Virus record (IMG/VR): IMGVR_UViG_3300020151_001762
Span: 1 to 34,962 of that record
Strand: one strand, 5' to 3'
Length of the DNA: 34,962 nucleotides
From: a virus
Taxonomy: Duplodnaviria; Caudoviricetes
In this document: positions 34,942-34,962 of the stretch, piece after piece
Layout of the letters: every line of letters starts with the position of its first letter
Numbering within the stretch: the first letter of the stretch is position 1
Program-made: the position numbers and the translations under genes
The notes under the pieces: generated by a model
The model's database searches: none
What the model was told of the DNA's origin: nothing
What the model saw: only the letters and a program-made list of their open reading frames with translations

Positions 34942-34962
34942 AGGCCGTTTATTCCGCTGTTA
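34942..34962 (-). repeat. Right copy of 21-bp terminal inverted repeat
   Basis: AGGCCGTTTATTCCGCTGTTA is the reverse complement of 2-22. It overlaps a hairpin at 34927-34955. Confidence 0.95.

Noticed and set aside
1-34962. Whole window as a transposon or protein-primed linear genome with terminal inverted repeats
   Set aside because: No transposase, protein-primed polymerase or protelomerase gene. An internal attP and terminase indicate a conventional integrating phage with part of its genome missing.

Overview
This window is most of the genome of a temperate, short-tailed (podovirus-type) dsDNA phage, probably of a Gammaproteobacterial host. It appears to be in the excised state. Left end (+ strand): xis-like gene (DUF4224 type), tyrosine integrase, an intact attP, an HNH endonuclease and a small membrane protein. 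The attP has a 48-bp core matching the 3' part of tRNA-His(GTG), an IHF site and TTCCGAACA arm-type repeats. The rest is one long late operon on the - strand: pR'-like promoter and terminator, holin, SAR endolysin, two spanins, terminases, portal, scaffold, N4-gp56-type capsid, adaptor, nozzle, tail fibres, several ejection proteins, a second fibre/decoration cluster, and a 2498-aa polyvalent ejection protein. No repressor, replication or Q antiterminator genes are present. Two observations stand out. (1) Both giant ejection-protein genes appear to contain a small, same-strand gene in the +1 frame. The one in the 2498-aa gene has its own Shine-Dalgarno and an in-frame cUUCGg terminator, and it follows a GNAT-like domain, suggesting an effector plus overprinted immunity cassette. 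(2) Both window ends carry the same 21-bp inverted repeat. Each copy folds into a hairpin with a conserved mismatch and a variable loop and ends in an outward-facing GTTA, reminiscent of integron att sites. Family assignments come from motif recognition by eye; no database searches were run.
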